From positions 3,392,001-3,456,000 of the forward strand of contig OZ245006.1 of NCBI GenBank assembly GCA_965223545.1: a stretch of 64,000 nucleotides of DNA, written 5' to 3'. Positions 28,720 through 38,912 of the stretch are shown piece by piece. The position numbers and the translations under genes are program-made. The DNA is from Planctomycetota bacterium. Lineage in GTDB: Bacteria > Planctomycetota > UBA1135 > UBA2386. The notes beneath the pieces are model-generated. The model did not search any database. It saw only the letters and a list, made by a program, of their open reading frames with translations, and was not told the DNA's origin. How positions within the stretch are numbered: the stretch's first letter is position 1; every line of letters begins with the position of its first letter.

Positions 28720-30804
28720 TCAGAAGTCGATGCGGGTTGCGCTGGCCGCGGACGGGTCGAGTCCAGGACCGGGAGTGAGCCCGACCGCCGCCACCGACAG
28801 GATCCAGCCGACGGCGCTGAGGGGGATCTGACCGGCGGACAAGGTCAGCTGCGATTGCGCGGAGCCGGCCGCGTCCAGCACGCCGACGAACCCCGTGGTC
28901 AGCCCCCCGCCGGCGAGGCCGGCGGCGGTCAGCGGGTCCCAGTTGATCGGCACTTGCGCGCCGAAGAGCTGGACGCCCGGTAGCGTGCCCGACACGCTCA
29001 GCAGGGTCGCGTAGGGCATCCCGGCGCGGGCCGCGGTGCCCCGCAGGCGCACCGTGAACCCACCCCCGGCGACCGCCGACAGCCGAGCGGCGTCGGGCCG
29101 CGCACTCAGCGCCGGAGCGCGCACCGGCAGTGACAGCCGCGAGGGCCGCGCCGCGGTGTGGACCACGTCGATGCGATAGCTGTCGAAGTAGGGCACGGTG
29201 TGCATGTCCGTGCGACCCGGCGGCCGCCGGTAGGTGTGGTTCTCCAGCACCAGCACCCAGCGGTGCCCCGCCGGCAGGACGTAGTGGATGCCGGTCAGGG
29301 GGACCGCCAAACGCTCGCTGGTCGCCACCCGCCCGCGCAGGGCGCGAAACCCGTCCGCCACCCAGCGGCGGGCGCCGGCCGGACTCTGATCGAACAGCAC
29401 CGCGTGCAGCTGCAGGTTGGCCGCGGTGGAGTCGATCTCCACTTCGAGCGCGGGACGGCCGGTGAGCTCGACGGCGGCCGACGCCGGCGGGCCGACGAAC
29501 TCGACTTGGTCCAGGGGGATGTCGGCGAGCACCCTGGTGGCTCGGTTGCGCGTCGCCAGCCAGTTGGACGGACCGTAGCCCGCGGGCACGTTGTGGTGGA
29601 TCGGGTCGGCCGGTTCGGCGGACGAAGGCGGTGTCGGGTCCAAGGACTGCGTCTGCCGCAGGTAGAGAACGTCGTTCCGCGTCACGCCGGTCGCCGGATA
29701 CGAGCCGAAGTGGCGCAGCTGCCAAACGCTGTCGATGTCGAGGTAGACCGACGGGTCGGCGGGCATGGTCGACAACTGAAAGCGCGGCTGTTGCGCCACC
29801 TCTTCTGGGCGGCCTTTCATGATGTGTGCGAACCAGCGCCGCTCGATCTCCTCCCACGTGGCGAGCTCCAGATGGTTCAACGGCGACCCGTGCTCGCCGG
29901 TCGAGACGTGCACCTGGCGCGGGGTCGACGCGGGCATCGAGTTGATCGCGTCGACCATCGCGTCGGTGGTCGCCCACCAGTCGTACCATGAGTTGTGCGC
30001 GAACACCGCGGTGGTCGAGTTGCGGATCAGGGTCGGGTCGGCGCGCCAGGGCGTCGCGATGAGCGCGCGCCACGCATCGAAATCCTGGGCCAGAAACGCC
30101 TGCTGCCCGGCCTGCAAGAACGCGGGCTCGAACACGATCGGCCCGGGCACGAACCACTTGAGGATCATCCGCCCCGAAAACGTCTGCAGCTGTGGCGCGA
30201 TCAGATCGGCGAAGTCCGGGTTGGCCGCGCCGGGCGAGACCAGGCGGATGGACGGAAAGTGCGTGTGCGGGCCCCGCGGTGTCACCAGCGGGTTGCCGCT
30301 CCACGCCGCGGCGGCCCACGCATGGCCCGCTCCCTGCGACGTGCCGCGCACGGCGAGCCTGCCGAAGTCGAAGATCGGCCCAAGCAGCGCCGCCGCGCGG
30401 TGCAGGATCTCGACCATGTCGCCTTTCTCGAGCCCGCCAACCATGGTGCCGCCGTCACCGGGATTGAGGGCGATGGTCTCCCCCTGGCCGCGGACGTCGT
30501 AGGCGATCGCGACGTAGCCGCGCCGCGCGAAGTCCGTCGCCGGCCGCGCCTTGCCCTTGCGGCTGTCGCCGCCGGCGGGCACGAACAGCACCGCCGGCCA
30601 TCCCCCGGGCGGCGCGGCAACTGCCGCGGGATCCGGGTATCGCAGGTCGATGCGGGTGCGGTAGCCGTCGGTGTAGGTGAAGTCGAGGTCGAGCTGTTCA
30701 ACGAGCCCGAATCCCCCGATCGGCGGCGGCGGATCCTGCGCCCTGGCCCCCCCCGGGGCGGGACCGAGAACAGCGAGGAGGGTCAGAATGAGCACGGTGC
30801 GCAT
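28720..30804 (-). CDS. Secreted CocE/NonD (S15) alpha/beta hydrolase with extra C-terminal domain
   Basis: FARRGYVAIAYDVRGQG, GTSQG nucleophile elbow, PepX_C-like VELTGRP; signal peptide. Confidence 0.82.
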   Translation of the reverse strand: MRTVLILTLLAVLGPAPGGARAQDPPPPIGGFGLVEQLDLDFTYTDGYRTRIDLRYPDPAAVAAPPGGWPAVLFVPAGGDSRKGKARPATDFARRGYVAIAYDVRGQGETIALNPGDGGTMVGGLEKGDMVEILHRAAALLGPIFDFGRLAVRGTSQGAGHAWAAAAWSGNPLVTPRGPHTHFPSIRLVSPGAANPDFADLIAPQLQTFSGRMILKWFVPGPIVFEPAFLQAGQQAFLAQDFDAWRALIATPWRADPTLIRNSTTAVFAHNSWYDWWATTDAMVDAINSMPASTPRQVHVSTGEHGSPLNHLELATWEEIERRWFAHIMKGRPEEVAQQPRFQLSTMPADPSVYLDIDSVWQLRHFGSYPATGVTRNDVLYLRQTQSLDPTPPSSAEPADPIHHNVPAGYGPSNWLATRNRATRVLADIPLDQVEFVGPPASAAVELTGRPALEVEIDSTAANLQLHAVLFDQSPAGARRWVADGFRALRGRVATSERLAVPLTGIHYVLPAGHRWVLVLENHTYRRPPGRTDMHTVPYFDSYRIDVVHTAARPSRLSLPVRAPALSARPDAARLSAVAGGGFTVRLRGTAARAGMPYATLLSVSGTLPGVQLFGAQVPINWDPLTAAGLAGGGLTTGFVGVLDAAGSAQSQLTLSAGQIPLSAVGWILSVAAVGLTPGPGLDPSAASATRIDF

Positions 30805-30952
30805 GCTCGTGGTTTGCCGCAGGCTCGATCGGTGTCCCATGAACTCTTCGCGGCTCGAACCGCAGGGACAAATCGCGCAGCGACGTCGTGGTTCAAGGCA
30901 AGGTGACCGACGTGGCGGGATCGGCGGTTCGAAGCGTCGATTGCCGACCGCG

Positions 30953-30988
30953 AAGCGAGAAAATCGAGCCTGACACCGTACGTTTCGG
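30953..30988. repeat. REP-like repeat, single arm
   Basis: AAGCGAGAAAATCGAGCCTGACACCGTAC matches the right arm at 43988-44016 with one mismatch. Confidence 0.8.
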
Positions 30989-30991
30989 GGA

Positions 30992-31690
30992 ATGATTCGC
31001 TTGCGTCCTTCTGCGGCGCGGGGGCAGGCCGACCACGGCTGGCTGCTTGCGCGCCACACGTTCTCGTTTGCCGACTACGTCGACCCGGAGCACATGGGCT
31101 TCGGCAGCCTGCGGGTGATCAACGAGGATCGCGTGCAGCCGGGCCGGGGGTTCCAGACGCATGGGCACCGGGACATGGAGATCCTGACCTACGTGCTCGA
31201 CGGCGTGCTCGAGCACAAGGACAACACCGGCAACGGCACCGCGATCCGGCCCGGTGAGCTGCAGCGGATGAGCGCCGGCACCGGCATCCTGCACAGCGAG
31301 ATGAACGGCTCGGACCGCGAAATCGTGCACTTGCTGCAGATCTGGATCACACCCGAGCGCGAGGGACTGGCGCCGGGCTACGAGCAGCGCGCGTTCGACG
31401 TGCACACGCCCGGCGCACGGCTGACCCTGGTGGCGGCGCGCGACGGCCGCGATGGCGCCCTCACCGTGCACCAAGACGTCGAGGTCCACGCCGGCACTCT
31501 GGCGGCGGGAACGCGCTACCAGCACGCGCTGGCCACCGGCCGCTGCGGGTGGATTCAGATCGCCCGCGGCAACGGCGTCGTGGCCGGCCACCGCGTCGCT
31601 GCGGGTGATGGGGTCGCGATCGCCGACGAGGCCAGCGTGACGATCGAGGCCGAAGCCGATACCGAGCTGTTGCTGTTCGACATGGCGTGA
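30992..31690 (+). CDS. Pirin-family protein (YhhW-like)
   Basis: GWL.ARHTFSFADY, LRVINED, HGHRDMEI, MSAGTGILHSE, LLQIW, LLFDM. Confidence 0.95.
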   Translation: MIRLRPSAARGQADHGWLLARHTFSFADYVDPEHMGFGSLRVINEDRVQPGRGFQTHGHRDMEILTYVLDGVLEHKDNTGNGTAIRPGELQRMSAGTGILHSEMNGSDREIVHLLQIWITPEREGLAPGYEQRAFDVHTPGARLTLVAARDGRDGALTVHQDVEVHAGTLAAGTRYQHALATGRCGWIQIARGNGVVAGHRVAAGDGVAIADEASVTIEAEADTELLLFDMA

Positions 31691-31709
31691 GTGGCCGGCG
31701 CCGTCGGCG

Positions 31710-33350
31710 TCACCGCAGGTCGAGCGCGGCGCCCGTCGTCACGTGCAGGGATTCCCGCTGCTCGTCACCGTCGCCGCGCTTGATGTGCGCGGAGTAGTGC
31801 CCCGGCGCCAGCCGCAGATCGAACGGGCGACTGGCGGTGATCCACCGGTCGTAGTGGAGCCGGCCCGCAGAGTCGAACAGCTGCAGACGCACGGGCGACG
31901 CTGCTGCCGGCGGCGTCACGCGCAACACGACTGCCTCGGTCAGCTCTGCCCGGACGACCCCGTCGACCAAGGCCGCGGTGTCGAACACCGCTTCTCCGAT
32001 CATCGCCCCACTCTGGATCTTGAGGAGGTAGCGCCCGGGCGCAACCCGAGCGGAGTAGGGCAGCGTGCGGCGGCCGAGGCGCAGAACCCGCGGCGCCAAT
32101 GCCGGGTGAGGCGGGCGCTCGAGCCCGAGCAAACTCACGCTCACCTCGGCGTCGCGCCCGATGCCATCAGCTTCGATGTGGAGCTGCACCGGCTCGTGCA
32201 CCGCGAGGTCGCCGAAATCGAGCTCCTGCCCCGGCGCCAACTCGAAGCGCACCGGCGCCACGACGCGGTCTGCCGTTGCCACGTCGAGGTACAGCGTTCC
32301 CGGCCGCAGGTGGCGCAGAGTAATCCGACCGTCTGCGCCCACGGGATCGCCCTGCCGATAGCTCTGCGCGTCGTTGACGCCGACGCGCGCCTCCGTGACC
32401 GGCGTGCCCGTCGCGCCGTCGACCAGCCGCAGCTTCACCGAACCCAAGCTGCCGAACACGTCGTCCAACGGAACGACCAACGAGACCTCGGCCTGGCCGA
32501 CGTCCACCGGCACGGTGGCCAACACTGCCGTCCGCAGCACGGCGCTGACGTGCAGCGCCTGGTCCCCCGGCAATTCCAACAGTCCGTCGTGGCGCGCGTC
32601 GAGCCGGGCCCCGGACCGCGGACCAAACCCACCTGCAGCCACCCACCGGCCGACGCCGTGCGAGGACTGGCGCGCGGACGTCGGCGGCAGCGACGAGGGC
32701 GGCGGCTCCACCGTGGCGATGGCCGACAGCTCGACTCGACGCGCCAGCGCACCATTCTTCACCAGCCGTCGCAACGCACCCGGAAGCCGCTCGCCGTCGG
32801 GGGCGACGAAGCTGACGCGCAGCTCCCAGACGGGCTCGAGCACGACGTCGCAGCGGATCGCGTCTCCTTCACCTCTCACCTCGACTTGCCGCTCGTGGTC
32901 CTCGAAACCCGCGGCGGTAACGGCCAAGTGATACGCCCCCGGCCGGAGCCCCGGCATCGCGAAGAACCGCGATCCCGCGCGCAGGAGCGAGAACCCCACT
33001 CGCTCGCGACTGTCCGCTTGGTACAGGGCAACGCGCGCTTCGGCCACCGCCTCACCTTTTGGGTCGGCAATGCTGCCGTAGACCATCGCCGGAGCGTTGG
33101 AGGCCGGAGCTGGGGAGTCCGGCTCGCGCGCACTGACTGGTACCGCGGGCCCGAGGGGTGCGGGCGCCGGCTCACCGCTCGAGCTCGCCCCGGTGCGGGA
33201 ACCCACCGCCGGCGGCGCTGCAGCAGGCCGGTCGTCCGGCGCCGGAATCACACCGCTGGGCCACCACAGGGCGGCGCCAAGCAGAACGATCAAGCCCGCC
33301 TTGAGCACGGCGAGCCACTGCAGCGCGCGCTTCAGCGCAGACGACGTCAT
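31710..33350 (-). CDS. Membrane-anchored carboxypeptidase-regulatory-like repeat protein
   Basis: TM plus Pro/Ala linker; GLRPGAYHLAVTAAGF; LRLVDGATGTPV; paralogous to the adjacent gene. Confidence 0.7.
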   Translation of the reverse strand: MTSSALKRALQWLAVLKAGLIVLLGAALWWPSGVIPAPDDRPAAAPPAVGSRTGASSSGEPAPAPLGPAVPVSAREPDSPAPASNAPAMVYGSIADPKGEAVAEARVALYQADSRERVGFSLLRAGSRFFAMPGLRPGAYHLAVTAAGFEDHERQVEVRGEGDAIRCDVVLEPVWELRVSFVAPDGERLPGALRRLVKNGALARRVELSAIATVEPPPSSLPPTSARQSSHGVGRWVAAGGFGPRSGARLDARHDGLLELPGDQALHVSAVLRTAVLATVPVDVGQAEVSLVVPLDDVFGSLGSVKLRLVDGATGTPVTEARVGVNDAQSYRQGDPVGADGRITLRHLRPGTLYLDVATADRVVAPVRFELAPGQELDFGDLAVHEPVQLHIEADGIGRDAEVSVSLLGLERPPHPALAPRVLRLGRRTLPYSARVAPGRYLLKIQSGAMIGEAVFDTAALVDGVVRAELTEAVVLRVTPPAAASPVRLQLFDSAGRLHYDRWITASRPFDLRLAPGHYSAHIKRGDGDEQRESLHVTTGAALDLR

Positions 33351-34966
33351 CGATCGATCTCCAGGTGCAGCGTGGCGGCGCGGGCTTCGAGCGGGACCCG
33401 CTGCAGCAGCGCATCCGCGTCGTCGTGTACTTCGGCCATGTAGTCGCCGGGCGGGACCGACAACGTCACTTGCGACCAACGCGGCTCGATCCGCGCCGCC
33501 GCCACCGGGACGCCGCCCCCGTCCCGAACGGTGACCGTGCACCCCGCCAACGGATCGCGCAGTCGGGCCACGATCTCCACCGCGCGCGCCAGTCGAATCT
33601 CGAGCGGCTCGGCGGAAGCCTGGCGACCGTCGACCACCGCGACCCCGATCAGGCCGCCGTCGGCGCGCGCCCGCACCACGTAGCGCCGGGGCCCGGCGCG
33701 GATCTCAAACACCCCCGCACCGTCCGCCCGCGCGTTCCGCCGACTGACGAGTTCACGCGGGAAGTCCATCGTGTCGAGCGCGGTCCATTGCAGCATCGCC
33801 GCGCACGGGACCCCGTCGGGCCCTACGGTGCGGCCGCCGATCGTGACCGGCGGATACAGCAGAAAGTCGCCGAGGTCGACCGCGCCGCTGGCAGGCACGC
33901 GGACCAAATCCCAAAGCGCCTCGTAGCTCTGCGACCGCACTTCGAGGGAGTTCAGGCCCGGCGGCACCCCGTCGACCAGCAGGCGCCCGGAAGCATCCGG
34001 CGCGCCCCCCACCCCGCCACCCTGCGCGCTGGACAACCCCACGTAGACGCCATCGGTAATCGGCTGACCAGACACCCCGTCCACGAGCCGCATCGCGACC
34101 GAGCCGAGCAACGCGGCGACGGTATCGGCTGCCACTTCGAAACGAACCTCGGCCTGGCCCGCCGCGATCGGCTGCTGCGCCACGAGCACGTGTCGGAACA
34201 GGAGCGCTACGTTCGCCGGCGGCGGGCGGTCGAGCTGCAACTTCCCGTCCGGCACATCGTCGCCCGCCGCCGGCGCGCCGATCCCACGCGCGCTGGTGTA
34301 CCGGCCGATTCCCACGTCGCCGACCGTGGTGTTGTCGGTGACCGGTAGATCGCCGTGCAGCGGTTGCGCAGTGGCGACGATCCAAAGCCCCCGCTGGCTG
34401 CGGCCCGCCGCGGAGACCACCTCGAGCGGCTCACCCGTGGGTGTGCGCACGAACACGTCGACCGCGTGCGCGCGCGCCAGTGCCAAGTCGGCCGCCTGCA
34501 GCGGCGCGCCGCGCACGACCAACTCCTCGCGGTAGCGCGCGAACCCATCGGCTGTGGCGCGAACCTCCCACGTTCCCGAGGCCAGGCCACCGACGGCGAA
34601 ACAGTCCTCCGACACGGTCGCGCGCTGGACCGCCGAGCCGCGGCGAAAATGCACGTACGCATCCTCGGGGGGATCACCGCCGTCCGCCGCTACCAGTCGC
34701 CCGCGAACGAACACACTCGCTCCGGCTCCGGTGGGCGCCACTGCGGCGCGCGCGGCGGTCGCGGTCCGCGGCGCACCTTCGTCTCTCGCCGTTGGGTGCC
34801 CGGGTACCGCGCTACCCTGCATCGAAGTCGACGCCGATTCCGCCCCCGCGTCGTGCGCCGGCGGCAGCTGCGGCGGCAACGCGCCGCGCGAGCGCGACCA
34901 CCACAGCGCGACGAGCACCGCGAGCACCAACGTCTCCGCAATCAACAACAGCTGTAGGCCGCGCAT
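33347..34966 (-). CDS. Membrane-anchored carboxypeptidase-regulatory-like repeat protein
   Basis: TM plus linker; GLASGTWEVRATADGF; MRLVDGVSGQPI; ATGA-type overlap with downstream paralog. Confidence 0.7.
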   Translation of the reverse strand: MRGLQLLLIAETLVLAVLVALWWSRSRGALPPQLPPAHDAGAESASTSMQGSAVPGHPTARDEGAPRTATAARAAVAPTGAGASVFVRGRLVAADGGDPPEDAYVHFRRGSAVQRATVSEDCFAVGGLASGTWEVRATADGFARYREELVVRGAPLQAADLALARAHAVDVFVRTPTGEPLEVVSAAGRSQRGLWIVATAQPLHGDLPVTDNTTVGDVGIGRYTSARGIGAPAAGDDVPDGKLQLDRPPPANVALLFRHVLVAQQPIAAGQAEVRFEVAADTVAALLGSVAMRLVDGVSGQPITDGVYVGLSSAQGGGVGGAPDASGRLLVDGVPPGLNSLEVRSQSYEALWDLVRVPASGAVDLGDFLLYPPVTIGGRTVGPDGVPCAAMLQWTALDTMDFPRELVSRRNARADGAGVFEIRAGPRRYVVRARADGGLIGVAVVDGRQASAEPLEIRLARAVEIVARLRDPLAGCTVTVRDGGGVPVAAARIEPRWSQVTLSVPPGDYMAEVHDDADALLQRVPLEARAATLHLEIDR

Positions 34967-35067
34967 CGGGCACTCCTCTCGGCCTGATCGTAGCAAAGCG
35001 GCGGAACGGGGCGGTGGCGGCATCCACACCGGAAGAGACGCCGCCGCCCGAATTCGCGACGGCGTTT

Positions 35068-35499
35068 CTACGCGCCGGCGCGAGGTCGGCGTGTTCCGAT
35101 CCAGACCGCGACGACTGCGGCAAACGCCGCGAGCAGCGGAATCGCCAGCACCGCGACCTCCTCGTAGCGGAATGGCGCCGGCAGTGCGCCGGCGCTGACG
35201 ATGCCGAACGCCGCCCACGTGACGTGGTCGCGGGCGCGGCCACGGACGAACGGCGCCGCCGCGATCAACACGAACGCGGTGTGGAAGATCAGGAATCCGG
35301 CCGGGCTCTTCTGCCACGCCGCCTGCAGCGAGCCCTCGAAGCGATACAGCCAGACCAGCACCACGTGGCTCGACACCACGAGCGCGGTGAGCGCGGCCAG
35401 CACCGGCCAGCGGCGGCCGGCGATGCGCAGCGCGGTGTCCTTCGCCAGCAGGACGTAGCCGGTACCGGCCAACCCGAAGATCACCGCGTCCTCATGCAT
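35068..35499 (-). CDS. Hypothetical integral membrane protein
   Basis: 4-5 hydrophobic segments; fills intergenic space. Confidence 0.55.
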   Translation of the reverse strand: MHEDAVIFGLAGTGYVLLAKDTALRIAGRRWPVLAALTALVVSSHVVLVWLYRFEGSLQAAWQKSPAGFLIFHTAFVLIAAAPFVRGRARDHVTWAAFGIVSAGALPAPFRYEEVAVLAIPLLAAFAAVVAVWIGTRRPRAGA

Positions 35500-35591
35500 G
35501 TGGGCGCGACGTTAAGAACGCACGGCGCGTTCGACCACCACCTCGCGCCGCGCCCAGGCGGCGCGGACCGCCCGGCGGCGCGGCGCGCCGC

Positions 35592-36770
35592 CTACTTGGC
35601 CGGCGCCGCCAGCATCTCGGTCGGGTCGATCGCCTCGCGCATCTCGCTGTCGAGCACGAAGGCGTAGCCGGCCTCACCCAACCAGTCGTGGATCAAGTCC
35701 ATCGGCGTGCACAAGCCCATGTGCGGCACCACGACCGGGTTGCCGCGGCCGTGCGTGTAGATCTTGGAGAACACACCGACCAGCTCGCGGGTTTCGGCCA
35801 GGTAGACGCCACCGCCGGAGTTGCCGAAGTAAGTCGGCGCGTTGATCATCCAGTAGTTGGCGCCGTTGAGCTCGTTGTCGGTGCTGCTGATCTCGCCCTG
35901 CGTCGGAATCGGGTCGTTGCCCAGCGGGCAACCCACCGCGTAGATCCGGTCCCAGGTCTGCACGCGGTCCGCCGTCTGCCGCGTCACACAGGCGGCGACG
36001 GATTGGAACTGCTGCTCGGAGCGAAGCCGCATCAACGCCGCGTCGATGCGCTCGTCGTAGCACAGCATGTCGGCGCGCTCCTCGAGCTTGCCGTCCGCCG
36101 TGTAGATCGTCACCGCGATGCCGTCGCGCCGCGCGGTCGGCGTATCCGCCAGGATGTTGCGGATGACGTGGTACGAGGTGAGCACGTAGGTCTCGACCGT
36201 GTCCTTCTTCGGGTTGTGCCGCGAGTAGATCACGGTGCCGGAGCCGACGGTGTCGTCACCGTTGAGCTGCACGGTCGGCGCCAACAGCCGGCGGTTGAGC
36301 ACGCCGACGTCGGGCACGACGCGCTCGGTCAGCACCTCGAGGGTCGAGCGCTGCGCCTCGAGCTCCTCGCGCGCCTGCCGCCCCGAGGCCTCGATCTCGC
36401 GGTGGAAGGCGTCGACGAGCTCGCGGGTGCGCGTCACGTCGCGCTCGATCTGGGTCTGGAAGCGCGCCGCCTCCAGCTTGGTCTCCTCCAGCACCGCGCG
36501 CAGGCGCGCGGTCTCGTACCCCCCGGCCGACGCATCGGCGACGCGCCGCTCGAGGAAGTCGATCTTCTCCTGCAGGGTCGACCACGTGCGCCGATCTGCG
36601 TCGGCGACCTCTTGTGACCGCTCGGCCTGCGCGACCATGCCGTCGACCCGATCGGCCAGCCGCTCGACGCGGGTTTGCTCGCCGCGCAGCTGCTCGATGC
36701 GGTGGTGGTACGAGACCAGCACGACCGCTACCGCGAGGCCGCCCATGACTTCCAGGAGTGTCCGCTTCAT
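35592..36770 (-). CDS. Trypsin-like (S1) serine protease with TM anchor and coiled coil
   Basis: GSGTVI, LTSYHV, DAALM, AVGCPLG, GNSGGG. Confidence 0.88.
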   Translation of the reverse strand: MKRTLLEVMGGLAVAVVLVSYHHRIEQLRGEQTRVERLADRVDGMVAQAERSQEVADADRRTWSTLQEKIDFLERRVADASAGGYETARLRAVLEETKLEAARFQTQIERDVTRTRELVDAFHREIEASGRQAREELEAQRSTLEVLTERVVPDVGVLNRRLLAPTVQLNGDDTVGSGTVIYSRHNPKKDTVETYVLTSYHVIRNILADTPTARRDGIAVTIYTADGKLEERADMLCYDERIDAALMRLRSEQQFQSVAACVTRQTADRVQTWDRIYAVGCPLGNDPIPTQGEISSTDNELNGANYWMINAPTYFGNSGGGVYLAETRELVGVFSKIYTHGRGNPVVVPHMGLCTPMDLIHDWLGEAGYAFVLDSEMREAIDPTEMLAAPAK

Positions 36771-37025
36771 CGATGTCCGTCTCAGATGTGATGTGCTTCG
36801 ACGCCTGCCCGCGCAGCGACTGAAATCGACGTGAACGCTGTTGGAAGTTGATGCAAAATGGCCCTACCAACTGGGTTACGTCTCCACCCCTCGCCGTCCG
36901 CTGCGCCGCGAGACCGATCGCAAGGGACCTTCTGGCGACGCGGTGACGCGCAGAGCGACACTCTGCGGAGCGCTTCCGCGAAGGCGCGGAGTGGACGCGA
37001 CCACGCCTGCTAAGATCGTCGGGGC

Positions 37026-38279
37026 ATGGCGCTCGCACCGATCCCCGACATCCTGGCCGAGCTGGCCGCCGGCCGGCCCATCATCCTCGTCGACGACCCC
37101 GATCGCGAGAACGAGGGCGATCTGTGCTTCGCGGCACAGCACGCCACGCCGGAGCTGGTCAACCTGCTGGCGCGCGACGCGCGCGGCCTGATCTGTCTGG
37201 CGCTCGACGGCGCCATCTGCGACCAGCTGCACTTGGCACCGCAGCCCCGGCGCAACAACTCACGCTTTCAGACCGCGTTCTTGACCAGCATCGAGGCCGC
37301 GCGGGGGGTGACCACCGGCATCAGCACGGCGGACCGGGCGACGACGATCCGCGCGGCGGTGGCCCCCGGCGCGGTGCCCGAGGATCTCTGCACGCCGGGC
37401 CACGTCTTTCCGCTGCGCGCGCGCGACGGCGGCGTGCTGGTCCGCGCGGGACAGACCGAGGGCATCGTCGACCTGTGCCGGCTCGCGGGTCTGCGGCCGG
37501 CCGGCGTGATCTGCGAGATCATGAACGACGACGGCACCATGGCACGGATGCCACAGCTGGAGGAGTTCGCCGCCAAGCACGACATCAAGATCTGCGCGGT
37601 GGCCGATCTGGTCGAGCACCGCCGGCGCCGCGAGCGCATCATCGAGCGCGTCGCCGCCGCCCGCATGCCCACCGCGCACGGCGACTTCCTCAGCTTCACC
37701 TACAACAGCAAGGTCGACGGCCGCGCCCACGTCGCCCTCACTCTGGGCATCGAAGCACCGGCCGAGGAAGGTGGGCGCTTTCCGCCGATCGACGAGCCGC
37801 TGCTGGTGCGGGTCCACTCGCAGTGCCTGACTGGCGACGTGTTCGGTTCGCTGCGATGCGACTGCGGCGAGCAGCTGCACCACGCGATGCGCACCGTGCA
37901 GGAGGCGGGGCGCGGCATCATCCTGTACATCTCGCAGGAGGGCCGCGGCATCGGCCTGGCGCACAAGATGCGCGCCTACGCGCTCCAGGACCAGGGCTTC
38001 GACACCGTGGAGGCCAACCTGCACCTCGGCTTCAAGGCCGACGAGCGCGAGTTCGGCACCGGCGCCCAGATCCTGCACGACCTCGGCGCGCGCCAGCTTC
38101 GGGTTCTCACCAATAACCCGCGCAAGCTGGCCGGCCTGCAGGGATACGGCCTCGAGGTGGTCGACCAGGTGCCGCTGCGGATCACTCCCAACCCCCATAA
38201 CACCAGGTATTTGGAGACCAAGCGCACCAAGCTGGGTCACCTCCTGGGCCGGCCCGACGAAGTCACGGGAAGAAACTGA
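37026..38279 (+). CDS. ribBA: Bifunctional DHBP synthase / GTP cyclohydrolase II
   Basis: DDPDRENEGD, TTGISTADR, PGHVFPL, ICEIMNDDG, VRVHSQCLTGD..SLRCDCG, QEGRGIGL, LTNNP. Confidence 0.97.
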   Translation: MALAPIPDILAELAAGRPIILVDDPDRENEGDLCFAAQHATPELVNLLARDARGLICLALDGAICDQLHLAPQPRRNNSRFQTAFLTSIEAARGVTTGISTADRATTIRAAVAPGAVPEDLCTPGHVFPLRARDGGVLVRAGQTEGIVDLCRLAGLRPAGVICEIMNDDGTMARMPQLEEFAAKHDIKICAVADLVEHRRRRERIIERVAAARMPTAHGDFLSFTYNSKVDGRAHVALTLGIEAPAEEGGRFPPIDEPLLVRVHSQCLTGDVFGSLRCDCGEQLHHAMRTVQEAGRGIILYISQEGRGIGLAHKMRAYALQDQGFDTVEANLHLGFKADEREFGTGAQILHDLGARQLRVLTNNPRKLAGLQGYGLEVVDQVPLRITPNPHNTRYLETKRTKLGHLLGRPDEVTGRN

Positions 38280-38303
38280 CGTGGCGACCCTCAAAGGGTC
38301 TCC

Positions 38304-38912
38304 GTGTTCGCCTTGAAGACCAACGACCGCGCCGACGCCGAGCTCATCCAGGAAGTCCTGGAGGGCTGCGAGGATGCGTTCCGCGAGCTGATCGGCCGCT
38401 ACGACGAGCGGCTGTTCCGCTTGCTGGCTCGCTATACGCGCGATCGCATGGAGACCGAGGACCTCGCGCAGGAGGTCTTCGTCAAGGTGTTTCGCAAGCT
38501 ACACACGTTCCAGCAGGACTCGGGCTTCTACACCTGGCTCTACCGCATCGCGATCAACACCGCCTCGGACTACCTGTCGCGCCACAAGCGGCGGCGGTTG
38601 GTGCTGGTCGAGGACGCGACCACCTTCGAGCGCGGCGAGGCCGATGACGACGGCGCCGCGGCTCCGCTGCTCGAAGAGGAGATGCGCGCCGTCACCCGCA
38701 GCGTGCTCGACCGGCTGCCGGAGAAATACCGCACGATCCTGATCCTGCGCGAGTACGAGGAGCAGTCGTACACCGACATGGCGGCGACCCTCGGCTGCAG
38801 CATCGGCACGGTAGAGTCGCGGCTGTTCCGCGCCCGGCGGCGGTTCAAGGAAGCCCTCGAGCGCTGCTATCCCGAGCTCGTCCCACAGATGTACGGAGGG
38901 ACCCAGACATGA
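38304..38912 (+). CDS. ECF sigma factor (RpoE/SigW-like)
   Basis: EDLAQEVFVKVF, FYTWLYRIAIN, SY.DMA..LGCSIGTVESRLFRAR. Confidence 0.93.
   Translation: MFALKTNDRADAELIQEVLEGCEDAFRELIGRYDERLFRLLARYTRDRMETEDLAQEVFVKVFRKLHTFQQDSGFYTWLYRIAINTASDYLSRHKRRRLVLVEDATTFERGEADDDGAAAPLLEEEMRAVTRSVLDRLPEKYRTILILREYEEQSYTDMAATLGCSIGTVESRLFRARRRFKEALERCYPELVPQMYGGTQT

Noticed and set aside
27545..30319. 924-aa minus-strand ORF
   Set aside because: Only the last 213 aa (GST) look like protein; the rest is GC-rich shadow frame over HxlR and CocE genes
36771..37025. Possible FMN riboswitch upstream of ribBA
   Set aside because: No recognisable FMN aptamer core; an extended -10 (TGCTAAGAT, 37008-37016) lies 9 nt before the ATG, leaving no room for a leader
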